From positions 1,621 through 65,620 of the IMG/VR virus record IMGVR_UViG_3300019487_000029: a DNA stretch of 64,000 bases; one strand, written 5' to 3'. This DNA is from a virus. Lineage: Duplodnaviria; Caudoviricetes. The notes below the pieces were generated by a model that was given only the letters and a program-made list of their open reading frames with translations, did no database searches and was not told the DNA's origin. Positions 39,132 through 49,147 of this stretch are shown here, one piece after another. A program made the translations under genes and the position numbers. Numbering within the stretch: the first letter of the stretch is position 1; each line of letters starts with the position of its first letter.

Positions 39132-39926
39132 ATGGTCAACGAATACACGAAAAAATCCCTCGAAGGAGTATGGATTGGGGATTGCATTGGCAATCTCGGT
39201 CAACTATACTACGTTCACGACATCCTTGCTGCACTTGAAAACGGTGTAGCAAAGTTTGGTTCTCAATTGAATCAGTTCTCCAAACAGTTTCAATACTCAA
39301 TGCAGGATGTAAATTCCACATTGTCTAAACAGCGTCAAGAACAACTTGGGAAGACCAAAGAAGGTTCTTGTGGAAATGGTTCGGCTATGCGAATTGCTCC
39401 GCTCGGAGCGTTCTTTGCTGGCACCAAGAACTTGAATGAGTTGGGAGAACTTGCCCGTTTATCTGCCGAAGTTACTCATTGTCATCCTGAAGGCATTGCC
39501 GGTGCAGTGGCAATTGCTGCGGCATCATACTATGTCACAACCCTTGCACAATGTCAAACTCCATTGGATGATAGTAACTTGTTGAGCACGGTGTATTTCT
39601 TTATACCCGATGGACAAGTGCGAGAAGGCATTAAACGTGCAATTGATATGCCTCTCAATACACCCATTGGAAAGGCAAGAGAAATCTTGGGCAATGGAAC
39701 CCATGTTACATGTCAAGATACGGTTCCTCTGTGTTGCTGGCTTGCTCATAAAGCATTGTTGGCATATCCTGCGGAGAACATGTATCAGAGATCAATCGTC
39801 GAAACCTCAATGGCATTTGGCGACGTTGATACAAATTGTGCCATTGTTGGAGGAATCGTTGGGATTGTTAGTCCTCCTCCCGAAAAATGGGTGAAATTCT
39901 GTCAAGAAATGGAAGGAGTCTTATGA
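39132..39926 (+). CDS. ADP-ribosylglycohydrolase (DraG/ARH family), apparent internal deletion
   Basis: GDCIG, GNGSAMRIAP, THCHPEG, GDVDT; TDD motif absent. Confidence 0.82.
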   Translation: MVNEYTKKSLEGVWIGDCIGNLGQLYYVHDILAALENGVAKFGSQLNQFSKQFQYSMQDVNSTLSKQRQEQLGKTKEGSCGNGSAMRIAPLGAFFAGTKNLNELGELARLSAEVTHCHPEGIAGAVAIAAASYYVTTLAQCQTPLDDSNLLSTVYFFIPDGQVREGIKRAIDMPLNTPIGKAREILGNGTHVTCQDTVPLCCWLAHKALLAYPAENMYQRSIVETSMAFGDVDTNCAIVGGIVGIVSPPPEKWVKFCQEMEGVL

Positions 39927-40645
39927 GTAGCTTATCTCTAATTTCAATCATGCGTGACGACCCCGATTTCGGGAAGCGTCTTACCAAAAAAGTTGAAGAA
40001 GTCAAAAAGAACAAAGAAGACTTGTTGACTGCCGCCGATGAATACGCTTCAAAGTATCGGGAAGAAATCATTGAGGGCACAGAACTCAGAGCAAAACTTC
40101 TTACTGAAGGGACATCCAAAGGTTTGTCAGAAGACCAAATTATGGCGACCTATGGTAAGTTCGTCCCCACAGTTTACACTCCGATCCTGAACATGCTGTA
40201 TTTCTTGCTCCGAGAATCTGAGCCAAGAGATGCAATGAAGTATCGCCAGCGAGACGCCATCAATGAGGTTCTTCTCAAGACAAAACAACTGAGTCATGAC
40301 GACAAAGAGCAAGATTTGTCTGCCGAGGAACTAACCGCTATTCTCGATGAGAAGCTGAAAGAGCTTCATAGTCAAACAGTTGCAGAGGACCGACGAAAGA
40401 AAGTCAATCAACAGTTTGCTACCGAAGACCGTGAAGAAGCCCACCTGAAAGAACCAGAAGACATGGAGTCTTTTCTCTTCGGGCATTTGACATTGGATCA
40501 ATTCAATACGTTGAAGAAGTTGAAGGCACTGACGCATTCAAGTAATGTCTCCGAAGCTTCCACGGCATTTGAGACGGGCAAGAAATTGTCCTTGAAATAC
40601 AAGGTGGATTGGGATAAGATACCCGATTACTACAACAAGAAGTAA
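39923..40645 (+). CDS. Hypothetical protein with DUF2786-like C-terminus
   Basis: LKKLKALTHSSNVSEASTAF..L.LKY. Confidence 0.55.
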   Translation: MSSLSLISIMRDDPDFGKRLTKKVEEVKKNKEDLLTAADEYASKYREEIIEGTELRAKLLTEGTSKGLSEDQIMATYGKFVPTVYTPILNMLYFLLRESEPRDAMKYRQRDAINEVLLKTKQLSHDDKEQDLSAEELTAILDEKLKELHSQTVAEDRRKKVNQQFATEDREEAHLKEPEDMESFLFGHLTLDQFNTLKKLKALTHSSNVSEASTAFETGKKLSLKYKVDWDKIPDYYNKK

Positions 40646-40651
40646 CATCAT

Positions 40652-41386
40652 ATGAAAGCATTTGTAAAAACACGCAAGGGAAACTTTCCAGATGTCAACT
40701 ATTATGTGGCATGGAAAGGGTTTGATGAAATCGGGTATGAAGTCATTAAATTTGAAGAAGATTTTGAGGCTACCATTCCAGTAACCGAACAGACACCCGT
40801 CTTTGCGGGCGTAGGCTCCTGCCGAAAAATCATCAAGCGGGTCTTTGCATGGGACTACGTTGGTATCAATCCATATCCAACGGAGCTTATTCCTTTCATG
40901 CATAGAAAATTTGAAAGAAAGAAATGGATAGATGCACGAGACGAAGCCCTTGAAGGACATAAGTTTATCAAGTCCGTTATTCAAAAACAATTTAATGGAA
41001 AGGTCTTGTCCACGCTTCTGGACACAATTCGGACTGCCAAAATGGAATCAGACCATGAAGTTTTTGTGTGTGATCCAGTTGAATTTCTATCTGAATATAG
41101 GGTATATGTTCATGAAAATGAAATTGTTGGAGTCAAACATTATCATGGTGATTGGTCGTTGCCACTGAATGTGGAGATTATTAAGGAAGCAATCAATGCC
41201 TATAAACCTTCCGCCCCTGTTGCATATGGGTTGGATTTGGGAGTTTTGAATGATTCCAATCGAAACATAGCATTGGTTGAAATTAACGATGGCATTTGTC
41301 TTGGGAACTATGGATTGGACTCTATTCATTATGCTGAAATGATTTCGGCAAGATGGTTAGAACTGACGACCAATGGCAGTAGTTAA
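40652..41386 (+). CDS. ATP-grasp domain protein (R2K/DUF4343-like)
   Basis: KFIKS, EYRVYV, YGLDLG, LVEIND. Confidence 0.8.
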   Translation: MKAFVKTRKGNFPDVNYYVAWKGFDEIGYEVIKFEEDFEATIPVTEQTPVFAGVGSCRKIIKRVFAWDYVGINPYPTELIPFMHRKFERKKWIDARDEALEGHKFIKSVIQKQFNGKVLSTLLDTIRTAKMESDHEVFVCDPVEFLSEYRVYVHENEIVGVKHYHGDWSLPLNVEIIKEAINAYKPSAPVAYGLDLGVLNDSNRNIALVEINDGICLGNYGLDSIHYAEMISARWLELTTNGSS

Positions 41387-41428
41387 AATAACTTGAACTT
41401 TTGCTAAAAAAGATTACAATAACACGTT

Positions 41429-42373
41429 ATGATGGATAAAGACAGCAAGATATTCGTTACAGGTCACACGGGACTGGTCGGCAGTGCCCTTGTTCGCAGA
41501 CTCAGAAGCAATGGATATTGGAACATCGTCACGGTTCCCCATAGCCAGCTTGATCTGACAGACAAAGAACAGGTAGAGCATTTTTTCTATGTCAAACAAC
41601 CAGAGTATGTCATCAATGCGGCGGCACGAGTTGGAGGAATTCATGCGAATGACAAGTATTCCGCCGAATTCATCTATCAAAACTTGGCAATCCAAACAAA
41701 CGTCATTGATGCGTGCCATAGGCATGGCGTCAAGAAGTTGATGTTCCTTGGGAGTGTCTGTATTTATCCAAAATTTGCTCCGGTTCCCGTCAAAGAAGAG
41801 TATTTGCTCACAGGAGAATTGGAGCCAACGAATCAGTGGTATGCTACCGCAAAAATCGCCGGTATCAAAATGTGTCAAGCATACCGAAAACAATACGGAC
41901 ATGACTATGTTTCCGCAATGCCGTGTAATTTGTACGGTGAGGGCGACAATTTCCATCCCGAAAACTCTCACGTCATTCCTGCCCTTCTTCGCAAGTTTTT
42001 GGAAGCAAAAGCCACCAATTCTCCATCGGTTACGTGTTGGGGGACCGGCACAGCCCGCAGAGAATTTCTGTATGTTGATGACATGGCTGATGCTTGTGAA
42101 TTTCTGATGCATAATTATAGTGATGGACAAATCATCAATATCGGCTTCGGCGAAGATTTCACCATCAAGGAATTGGTTGAACAGATTGCAGAAGTCACCG
42201 AATACAAAGGAGAAATCGTTTGGGATACAAGTAAACCCGATGGAACTCCAAAAAGAATTTTAGACACAACTCGCCTATTTGGATTGGGTTGGAAACCAAA
42301 AATATCACTCCGAGAAGGCTTGACAAAAACGCTCAATTGGTATAGGCTTCAAGAGCAAAGAAGAGAAAAATGA
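41429..42373 (+). CDS. fcl: GDP-L-fucose synthase
   Basis: GHTGLVG, AARVGGI, CIYPK, YATAK, HVIPAL, WGTG..RREF, KPDGTP. Confidence 0.95.
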   Translation: MMDKDSKIFVTGHTGLVGSALVRRLRSNGYWNIVTVPHSQLDLTDKEQVEHFFYVKQPEYVINAAARVGGIHANDKYSAEFIYQNLAIQTNVIDACHRHGVKKLMFLGSVCIYPKFAPVPVKEEYLLTGELEPTNQWYATAKIAGIKMCQAYRKQYGHDYVSAMPCNLYGEGDNFHPENSHVIPALLRKFLEAKATNSPSVTCWGTGTARREFLYVDDMADACEFLMHNYSDGQIINIGFGEDFTIKELVEQIAEVTEYKGEIVWDTSKPDGTPKRILDTTRLFGLGWKPKISLREGLTKTLNWYRLQEQRREK

Positions 42374-42810
42374 ACGACAACACAGAAAAAACCCTAGATT
42401 ACTGGATCAATCTTGCCAAGAAAATTGCAACTGAGGCACACACTGGTCAGTTCCGCAATGACAAGACAACCCCGTATATTAAACATCCCGAAGCAGTTGC
42501 AAATGCTGTTGACTCCCGCCTAAAGCCAATTGCATGGCTCCATGACGTAGTGGAAGACACCCACGTCTCTATTCAAGATTTGCGTGATGCAGGATTCCCC
42601 AATTACATTGTGGATGCGGTGGATGCTATTACCCACCGAAAGAATGATACCAACGTCGTGTATTGGCAACAAGTTCTGAGAAATGCGGATGCCGTGGAAG
42701 TCAAGATTGCCGACATTAAGACCAATCTCGGCGACGCCCCGAATGATTATCAGAAAATGAAATACGCTCGTGCGTTAAAGATTTTCGCCGATGCTGGTTA
42801 TACAGTTTGA
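42370..42810 (+). CDS. HD-domain hydrolase (small alarmone hydrolase/Mesh1-like)
   Basis: AHTGQFR..PYIKHP; WLHDVVEDT; VKIAD. Confidence 0.85.
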   Translation: MNDNTEKTLDYWINLAKKIATEAHTGQFRNDKTTPYIKHPEAVANAVDSRLKPIAWLHDVVEDTHVSIQDLRDAGFPNYIVDAVDAITHRKNDTNVVYWQQVLRNADAVEVKIADIKTNLGDAPNDYQKMKYARALKIFADAGYTV

Positions 42811-42929
42811 GAATTTACCGAGCAATTGGTAAATGGTGGAGGGCTTAACCCGCCCCCGAAGCGAGGAATCACTTCCTCGCTTTTTTGTTTTCTTGACAAA
42901 TCATGCCCAATCATGCTAAAGTACTTGTC

Positions 42930-43181
42930 ATGAGCACTAAATACGTCGATCCTGCGACGGTAAAAATCATCGATCTCGTCAAGGGAGATAAGAAAGTTCG
43001 CTTTGCTTATTACCGTGACCGTGAGTTTTGGTATCAACATGAAGACGGTCTTCTTTTCCCTGTAGCATTGAAAGATGTGGATGATCCCGCATCAAAAGCT
43101 ACGCTACCAGCCGAAGAGAAAGCTATGCTTTTTATGCGATGGATGCGAAAGTATATTGAAGCTGCAAAGGAAGCGTCATGA
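42930..43181 (+). CDS. Hypothetical protein
   Basis: After TTGACA at 42893. Confidence 0.65.
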   Translation: MSTKYVDPATVKIIDLVKGDKKVRFAYYRDREFWYQHEDGLLFPVALKDVDDPASKATLPAEEKAMLFMRWMRKYIEAAKEAS

Positions 43182-43335
43182 CTTGGTACTACATTTGGTA
43201 CATGCTGCACAAAATTCCTGCTTACGAGCGAACCTGCGGCACAAAAGAAGCGGCTGATGAACGAGTTTCTAAACTTCGTTCACAAGGCAAAGAAGCGTGG
43301 TGGACAACCACTGTGTTCAAACATTTCTGGTACTA

Positions 43336-43632
43336 ATGGCTGCACAAATGGACAATTGCGTGTTCTGTGGGTTCTATACATGGACTCGTGGGCATCATAT
43401 TATCCCCAAGTGCAAAGGAGGCACGGAGATCGTTGCCACTTGCCAAACATGCGAGGATTACATACACAAAACATGGTCCCACAACGAACTTCGTGACGTT
43501 TACAATAACGTTGACATCATTCTCGCCAATGAAGGATTCCAAAAGTTTCTCAAGTGGCGTAGAAAACAATCGCCCAACACTCTTTTCAAATCTGATGCCG
43601 GAAAACACCGAGACCGAAGAAAGTTCTCGTGA
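43336..43632 (+). CDS. Small HNH protein
   Basis: [20 protein letters not shown]. Confidence 0.8.
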   Translation: MAAQMDNCVFCGFYTWTRGHHIIPKCKGGTEIVATCQTCEDYIHKTWSHNELRDVYNNVDIILANEGFQKFLKWRRKQSPNTLFKSDAGKHRDRRKFS

Positions 43633-43900
43633 GAGACATTTTGTCTATATTCTAAAATGTGTTGACAATTCCCTTTACACGGGCTACACTACTGATATAG
43701 AGCGGCGGTGTGTCGTACACAACAAAGGCAAGGGTGCTAAATACACCCGAACCAGATTACCCGTGGTGCTCGTGTATTTTGAAGAGTTTGATACAAAGTC
43801 GGATGCAATGAGGCGAGAGTATCAAATCAAGCAGTTATCACGAAGCCAAAAACTGAAACTTATTTATGGACATCAAAAACCTAAAACTTCACGAGCTTGA
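43595..43900 (+). CDS. GIY-YIG nuclease (UPF0213/SLX1-like)
   Basis: [27 protein letters not shown]. Confidence 0.85.
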   Translation: MPENTETEESSRERHFVYILKCVDNSLYTGYTTDIERRCVVHNKGKGAKYTRTRLPVVLVYFEEFDTKSDAMRREYQIKQLSRSQKLKLIYGHQKPKTSRA

Positions 43901-44210
43901 AGAATTGCAAGAAGATGTTGAGGATCAAATCAACAAACTGAAACGTGCCGCAAAGCTTGCCAAGAAGCACACCAAGGAGGAAATCCTTGCCATGTTCTCT
44001 CATTGGGGATACATCGTTCCCAAGGGAGCAAAAATTTGGCGACTGCATGATTCAAAGCATGAAGGAGCATACGGCATGGAAGTCGGTGGGTATGAACACT
44101 CATGCCACATTGAATCCACCGATTTTCTTGTGTTGCTGGTTGTTGATGGCGACTATCATGGGGTTGAAAGCTATGGAGATTTGTGGCTCGGTGAATTGAC
44201 TGTTGTATGA
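43866..44210 (+). CDS. Hypothetical protein
   Basis: ORF in operon. Confidence 0.6.
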   Translation: MDIKNLKLHELEELQEDVEDQINKLKRAAKLAKKHTKEEILAMFSHWGYIVPKGAKIWRLHDSKHEGAYGMEVGGYEHSCHIESTDFLVLLVVDGDYHGVESYGDLWLGELTVV

Positions 44211-44417
44211 ACAGCACTCTTTTTGAACAGTATATTTCCTTGAATGATCAGCTTCTTTGCTACATCATGCAAGGAGGGTCGGAATCCAAGCAAGCCAACG
44301 AAATCCGTTCCAATATGGACCGAGTATGGAAGCAGTTGAGCTTGATTGAGCAACAGTTGGCGAAAGAGAAACTTGAAGGTCCAATTTCAAAGCGATGAAA
44401 ATCCTCTTACTCATGAT

Positions 44418-45158
44418 TTATGAGAACAGTTCTGTTCTGAGTGTCTCTTCTACTTTCTTAATTTCTGTATGTGGAATGCGTCGCAATTTTATTCCCTTTT
44501 GTTTGCAAAACTCAGTTTTGATGGAGTCATTTTCTTGAATTGATGGCGACCAATACTTACTTGTTTTATCAAAGTGATGTCGTCCATCGTATTCAATACA
44601 CATGTTTTGTTTTGGCAAATAAAAATCAAATCGTAATGCAACTCCGTGCTTTCCTACACATCCTTTGAATTTGTGTTCACTATGAAATGGAATGTTTAAT
44701 AAGCGAAGAAGCAAGGTGATTTTTTCTTCACCGTGAGATTGGCGGCAATAAGGACACCCACTTTCTTCATATAAATGTCCTCGTGGCAATTGAAGAAATG
44801 ATTGATCACACATGTTGCATTTGATTTTAACCTTGGTTTTAGCATTGACATAAGTGGTATTGGTATAGTCGTAGTTGTCTCCGTGGATTGCCGTTGCTAA
44901 AGCAATGAATTCTTTGGAACTCTTTCGCTGTGATGTAATTGTACAGGTCGGACAGTTCTTACAATTAAGGAAATTGTACGGGTTTGGATAGAACGTGTTC
45001 CGACATTGGTTACATAGGATTTCAATCGGAGTTCTATTGTTGGCATATTTGACTTTAGAATAATCAAATTTCTTGCCATGTTTGGTGATTGCTTGCTTTA
45101 TAAAATCATCTTGACTTTTTAGGTTGGTTCGCATACACTTATACATATTGGGATTCAT
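44418..45158 (-). CDS. Homing endonuclease, DUF723-like repeats plus Vsr/PD-(D/E)XK domain
   Basis: HG..YDYS.V.Y repeats; RFDFYLP..IEYDGRHH. Confidence 0.85.
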   Translation of the reverse strand: MNPNMYKCMRTNLKSQDDFIKQAITKHGKKFDYSKVKYANNRTPIEILCNQCRNTFYPNPYNFLNCKNCPTCTITSQRKSSKEFIALATAIHGDNYDYTNTTYVNAKTKVKIKCNMCDQSFLQLPRGHLYEESGCPYCRQSHGEEKITLLLRLLNIPFHSEHKFKGCVGKHGVALRFDFYLPKQNMCIEYDGRHHFDKTSKYWSPSIQENDSIKTEFCKQKGIKLRRIPHTEIKKVEETLRTELFS

Positions 45159-45316
45159 CGGAAAAGATGAATGGATTTATGCATCATGACTAAAATAGTA
45201 TCTCTGTGGACTCGGCAACATTCCCGACCTTTTGATGAATTCTCGGAATCGTCCCGAACGTCTTCTTCTCTAAAATCGTGGGCATCTTTCTTTAGTACAG
45301 TGATATTTATACCTGT

Positions 45317-45808
45317 ATGAATGAAAAGATTCAAGCTATTCTGCTCAAAATTGTCCTCGGAATGAAGAAGGAACATTGGGCAGTCGCTCCTGATTGGGAA
45401 GTGACATTGAAGAGCGAGGGTCATGTTCCCCTATCCAAAAGTATTCGGGTTCAAGGAAACTTTAATGATGACGAATGGAGTGACTCAATCGAAACCACAA
45501 TTGATTTGAGACTTACATCCACCGACGAATTGACTTATTTTCCAGAATACACCATCTACGCCAGCATTTTAATTCAAGGTGGTCAAATTCATGACATCGC
45601 ATATAAACTAGATGCCGATGTTGCATTTACTGACCAAGATGTTCGGGACGAAGAAAAAGCAACTGCGTCGGCAAAAAAGATTTCTCGATTAGTGGAAGAT
45701 CACATTGAATCTGAGTACAGCGATTACGTTGATCAGAACGCCCAAGACATTCAAGCATATGAACAGGGTGGTTGGAAGGCAGACGACGATTCCGTAGATG
45801 ATCGATAA
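45317..45808 (+). CDS. Acidic hypothetical protein
   Basis: TATTTAT upstream. Confidence 0.7.
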   Translation: MNEKIQAILLKIVLGMKKEHWAVAPDWEVTLKSEGHVPLSKSIRVQGNFNDDEWSDSIETTIDLRLTSTDELTYFPEYTIYASILIQGGQIHDIAYKLDADVAFTDQDVRDEEKATASAKKISRLVEDHIESEYSDYVDQNAQDIQAYEQGGWKADDDSVDDR

Positions 45809-45849
45809 TCCGTAGTTTTTCGGATTATTAGTAGATATTTATTAGTGTT

Positions 45850-46794
45850 GTGAAGGCACTACAGTTTATTATACTGTTAGTAGTGCTGCTAAGTATGAAC
45901 GGACTTCGGGCAGCTAACCCAACAACTGTCCCCGACTACCTCTCCTCCATCTCTGTCAGAGTAAAAACCCCAATCGGCTCATCTGGTTCGGGTATTGCTT
46001 TCACTAGAAAAGATGCATATGGAAAAGATGTAACTTATGTATGGACCGCTGGACATGTATGTCTTCACCGAGAGACTATACCATTTGTGTATATTGGACC
46101 AAAAATCCCTATGTCCAAAATCCGCTCGGTGGTTCCAACAGAAATCACATATTACACCAATCTCACAGTCTCTCAGGATGTTGTAATCAATGGGAAGTTT
46201 GCATATACAACCAATCTCTCAGCCACTTTAATCAAATGCAGCCCCGACGACGAGGGCAATGATTTGGCGGTTCTCCGAGTGAATGGTAAATTTTTCAATA
46301 ACAACAAAGTCGAATTTGATCTGTCCGGACGAATTCCAAAACTCGGAGAGCCGCTGTACGCTTTCGCATTTCCCTATGGTGAACCAATGTTTACCACAGG
46401 AATGTTTTCTTATGTCGGTCGTGTTTACGATGATTATGTCTATGACCAAAGTTCGTTGATTGTCTATCCGGGTTCAAGCGGTGGTGGTGTTTTCAATGAA
46501 AATCAGAAGTGCGTAGGACTTGTCATGAGAATGAGGGGTGCCGGTCTCAATTATATTGCTCCAATTCGTAGAATGCAAGAATGGGCAAAGGAAGAAGGAA
46601 TTGAATGGGCGTTAAATTCTTCTAAACCAATGCCTTCGGCAGAAGAACTGAAGAAAATTCCACTTCTTGACAAAGAGACAGATGAATGCGAAGATGAAGT
46701 AATTCTGCCAAATCCGTTTAAGCCATTCATGAAGGACTTCAAGCTTAAACCGCCCGCTCTCAAGCCTGACGAAGATAAAAAGCTGGCAAAGTAA
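45850..46794 (+). CDS. Secreted trypsin-like serine protease
   Basis: Signal peptide; TAGH, DLAVL, PGSSGG triad motifs. Confidence 0.88.
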   Translation: MKALQFIILLVVLLSMNGLRAANPTTVPDYLSSISVRVKTPIGSSGSGIAFTRKDAYGKDVTYVWTAGHVCLHRETIPFVYIGPKIPMSKIRSVVPTEITYYTNLTVSQDVVINGKFAYTTNLSATLIKCSPDDEGNDLAVLRVNGKFFNNNKVEFDLSGRIPKLGEPLYAFAFPYGEPMFTTGMFSYVGRVYDDYVYDQSSLIVYPGSSGGGVFNENQKCVGLVMRMRGAGLNYIAPIRRMQEWAKEEGIEWALNSSKPMPSAEELKKIPLLDKETDECEDEVILPNPFKPFMKDFKLKPPALKPDEDKKLAK

Positions 46795-46921
46795 ACTTTC
46801 CACTTGACAATTTCAAGGGATGGGATATACTTCACCCACGCTACTCGTAAAGGGTTTCACCAAAAAAGTGACATTTTTTGTTGACATGACCATATTTATG
46901 CAGTAGAGTGTCGGTATAAAT

Positions 46922-46995
46922 GCCAGATTGATGTAATAGTAGCCTAACGCTCTCATAAGGCGAATGCACTGGGGCAGAACCAGTATCTGGCACCA
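46922..46995 (+). tRNA. tRNA-Met/Ile2 (CAT)
   Basis: Cloverleaf, loop CTCATAA, CCA. Confidence 0.8.
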
Positions 46996-47110
46996 ATTTT
47001 GGGTTAGTTGCACTTTCCCTAGATTAAAAAGGCAACGGTTGTTTGTACTTACGTTTTGGACCTAACATGAAAAACGTGAACGTCGGTTGGAGTAATTTAC
47101 CAATCGTCAT

Positions 47111-47184
47111 GCGGGTGTGGTGTAGTGGTAGCCCACGACATTGCCAATGTTGAAGTGAGGGTTCGATTCCCTTCACCCGCTCCA
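47111..47184 (+). tRNA. tRNA-Gly (GCC)
   Basis: Canonical, U73, CCA. Confidence 0.95.
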
Positions 47185-47189
47185 ATTTT

Positions 47190-47263
47190 GCACCATTGAC
47201 ATAGTGGCTGTGTGTCAGCCTTCCAAGCTGAATAGGTCGGTTCGATCCCGACATGGTGCTCCA
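47190..47263 (+). tRNA. tRNA-Gly (TCC)
   Basis: Loop CTTCCAA, CCA. Confidence 0.9.
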
Positions 47264-47267
47264 ATTT

Positions 47268-47417
47268 TTGCTAGAGTTGGTGTTGTCGAAGGAAGAAGCA
47301 GACAACGAATATGCTTCGCCAAAGCCTTCTATGGAGCCGCAGAGTGAGTCAGAGTCGGTCGTTACATTCCCTCACTATCAGACAACAACACAGCCCCTCG
47401 GTCAAAGGCTATAGCAA
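47268..47417 (+). ncRNA. Y-RNA-like structured RNA
   Basis: GTTGTC/GACAAC stem with GTCGAAG on the 5' strand. Confidence 0.45.
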
Positions 47418-47420
47418 GAT

Positions 47421-47498
47421 GCGTTAGTGGTGTTTTGAACGGCAGCATGATGGGCTTCCAACTCATAGGTGAGGATTCGACTTCCTCCTAACGCTCCA
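47421..47498 (+). tRNA. tRNA-Gly (TCC)
   Basis: Loop CTTCCAA, CCA. Confidence 0.8.
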
Positions 47499-47567
47499 AA
47501 TTTTGTCAGTGGAAATGCCGAGTCAGCGGAAATAATTCTGACCATAGATAAATGAAACTGACAGATT

Positions 47568-47641
47568 GCCGCATTAGTATAAAAGCATTACACGGCTTTG
47601 GTAAAGCTGAGACGACGGGGCAGTACCGTCATGTGGCTCCA
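47568..47641 (+). tRNA. tRNA-Thr (GGT)
   Basis: Loop TTGGTAA, non-canonical T-loop. Confidence 0.85.
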
Positions 47642-47645
47642 ATTT

Positions 47646-47735
47646 GGTCCTGACCCTTGGAGGGACGTTCGACTTATGATCGAATTCGCACTAGATTAGT
47701 GCCGGGATAGGGTTCGATTCCCTACGGGACTACCA
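47646..47735 (+). tRNA. Atypical tRNA, anticodon TAT, long variable arm
   Basis: TTCGA-CTTATGA-TCGAA; tiny D-loop; CCA. Confidence 0.7.
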
Positions 47736-47741
47736 TTTTAT

Positions 47742-47817
47742 TGCGGGGTACAGTTCTGGTGAACTGGGATGTCTCATAAGCATCTTCAGAAAAGTTCGAT
47801 TCTTTTCTCCGCTACCA
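47742..47817 (+). tRNA. tRNA-Met (CAT), 1:72 mismatch
   Basis: Loop CTCATAA, CCA. Confidence 0.75.
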
Positions 47818-47867
47818 TTTTGTGAGATGCAAAGCAACTCATGCGGGGACGCAAAGCGACCTCAGAG

Positions 47868-48020
47868 ATGAAAAAAACTCAGTCCTATAAAAACGAAAAA
47901 GTTAAGGTGATCAAGGAATTGAACATCAAGGACAAAGAAGGAGAATGGGTTCAGATTGAGTTTTTGACAGGAGACAAAAAAGGATGTAGAGTTCCTGTAT
48001 CGTTGAAAGATTTAGAATAA
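47868..48020 (+). CDS. 50-aa hypothetical protein
   Basis: Manual ORF MKKTQSY...KDLE. Confidence 0.5.
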   Translation: MKKTQSYKNEKVKVIKELNIKDKEGEWVQIEFLTGDKKGCRVPVSLKDLE

Positions 48021-48022
48021 TT

Positions 48023-48150
48023 TGTTCAGTGTCATTGAGGGCGGCTACAGATACCGATTTGACATCATACCCCGAAAGGGATTGATACGGGACGCTTGCG
48101 ACAGGGCGACTGTTGGCTGCTGGATGCCGAGTGACCTGAAACACTGAACA
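48023..48150 (+). ncRNA. Rod-like structured RNA
   Basis: TGTTCAGTGT/ACACTGAACA terminal stem. Confidence 0.5.
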
Positions 48151-48154
48151 TTTT

Positions 48155-48239
48155 GCCCATGTGGATAAGCGAAGCTGGAACAAGCAATGTGCTCAAAACA
48201 CGTCATCCTTTATCCGTTCGAATCGGTTCGTGGGCACCA
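48155..48239 (+). tRNA. Atypical tRNA-Leu (CAA)
   Basis: Loop CTCAAAA; expanded D region; CCA. Confidence 0.7.
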
Positions 48240-48244
48240 ATTTC

Positions 48245-48329
48245 CGTCGTGTGGATAAGCGAAGCTGGCACAAGCAACTTACTTAAAATAAGTCATCCTC
48301 TATCGGTTCGAATCCGTTCACGACGACCA
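48245..48329 (+). tRNA. Atypical tRNA-Leu (TAA)
   Basis: Loop CTTAAAA; same expanded D region; CCA. Confidence 0.7.
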
Positions 48330-48341
48330 ATTTGATACCAA

Positions 48342-48719
48342 ATGGAAAATAGTTACGCCAACGAATCAACGGTGTATGACCAATCACCGGCAGTTGAAAA
48401 ACAACAAATTGATTTTATGCACGAGCTTGGGTTTCGTGCAGTCGCCCGAAAGGATACGTGGGTTTTGTGGGAGATGCAAGGTTGGCCGGAAGTCTCTGTG
48501 TGGCTTCAAGGATTTCAAGTGGATTTGAGTCATCGGTATATTCTGATGCAAGTCTATAAGTCGGGAGTGAACAGTGGAAAGGAATTTCAAGCAAATGAAA
48601 TTCGTTTATCGTTGGGACTGTCACCGATGAAGAAGGATGACCTTCTCCGACTGTCCTCATTCGATCATCCGTGGCTTGCGATTGAAATGAATCCAAGACA
48701 CGGGCGACACGAATCATGA
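48342..48719 (+). CDS. Hypothetical protein
   Basis: ORF within tRNA array. Confidence 0.55.
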   Translation: MENSYANESTVYDQSPAVEKQQIDFMHELGFRAVARKDTWVLWEMQGWPEVSVWLQGFQVDLSHRYILMQVYKSGVNSGKEFQANEIRLSLGLSPMKKDDLLRLSSFDHPWLAIEMNPRHGRHES

Positions 48720-48899
48720 CAACTTGTAGCAATTGTAAGCAAGAACGTGAATTGCCCGATGGCATTTCTTGTGAAGAATGTTTGATCTACAAACAATATC
48801 TTGACAAGGAAGACGAGTATGTTATAGTGACTCGTGAAATGGCAAAAGACGCAGGCGACCTTCAATTGGAAGGTCAACTGTGGAAGTGGAATTGATTTT

Positions 48900-48964
48900 T
48901 TCTCGTTGGTGTAGTGATAGCACACTCCGTAAGGAGAAGCGTTGGCTCTAATCCAATACGAGGA
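48900..48964 (+). ncRNA. tRNA-like RNA with GTAA tetraloop replacing the anticodon loop
   Basis: Acceptor, D and T arms recognisable; CTCC-GTAA-GGAG. Confidence 0.55.
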
Positions 48965-48967
48965 TAT

Positions 48968-49042
48968 GTACCGTTCGTAGAGTGGCACATGCGATTGGCT
49001 GCAACCCTTTAGACGTTGGTTCGATTCCAACACGGTACTCCA
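48968..49042 (+). tRNA. tRNA-Cys (GCA)
   Basis: Loop CTGCAAC, U73, CCA. Confidence 0.85.
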
Positions 49043-49108
49043 AATTTGAGTCTAAAACACTCAGTTTCAAGCACTTGTGAAAAAAGTGCAAGAAAGATGA
49101 AAAAGTAG

Positions 49109-49136
49109 TTGACATTTGCCGTGGATGCGGTATAAT
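49109..49136 (+). promoter_or_regulatory. Consensus sigma70 promoter
   Basis: TTGACA-N16-TATAAT. Confidence 0.9.
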
Positions 49137-49147
49137 GTCTCTCGTAA

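Noticed and set aside
47822-47866. GGGACGCAAAGC suggesting a c-di-GMP-I riboswitch
   Set aside because: The upstream GGCAAAC/GAAA P2 element is missing; it reads as two small tandem GC-AAA-GC hairpins.
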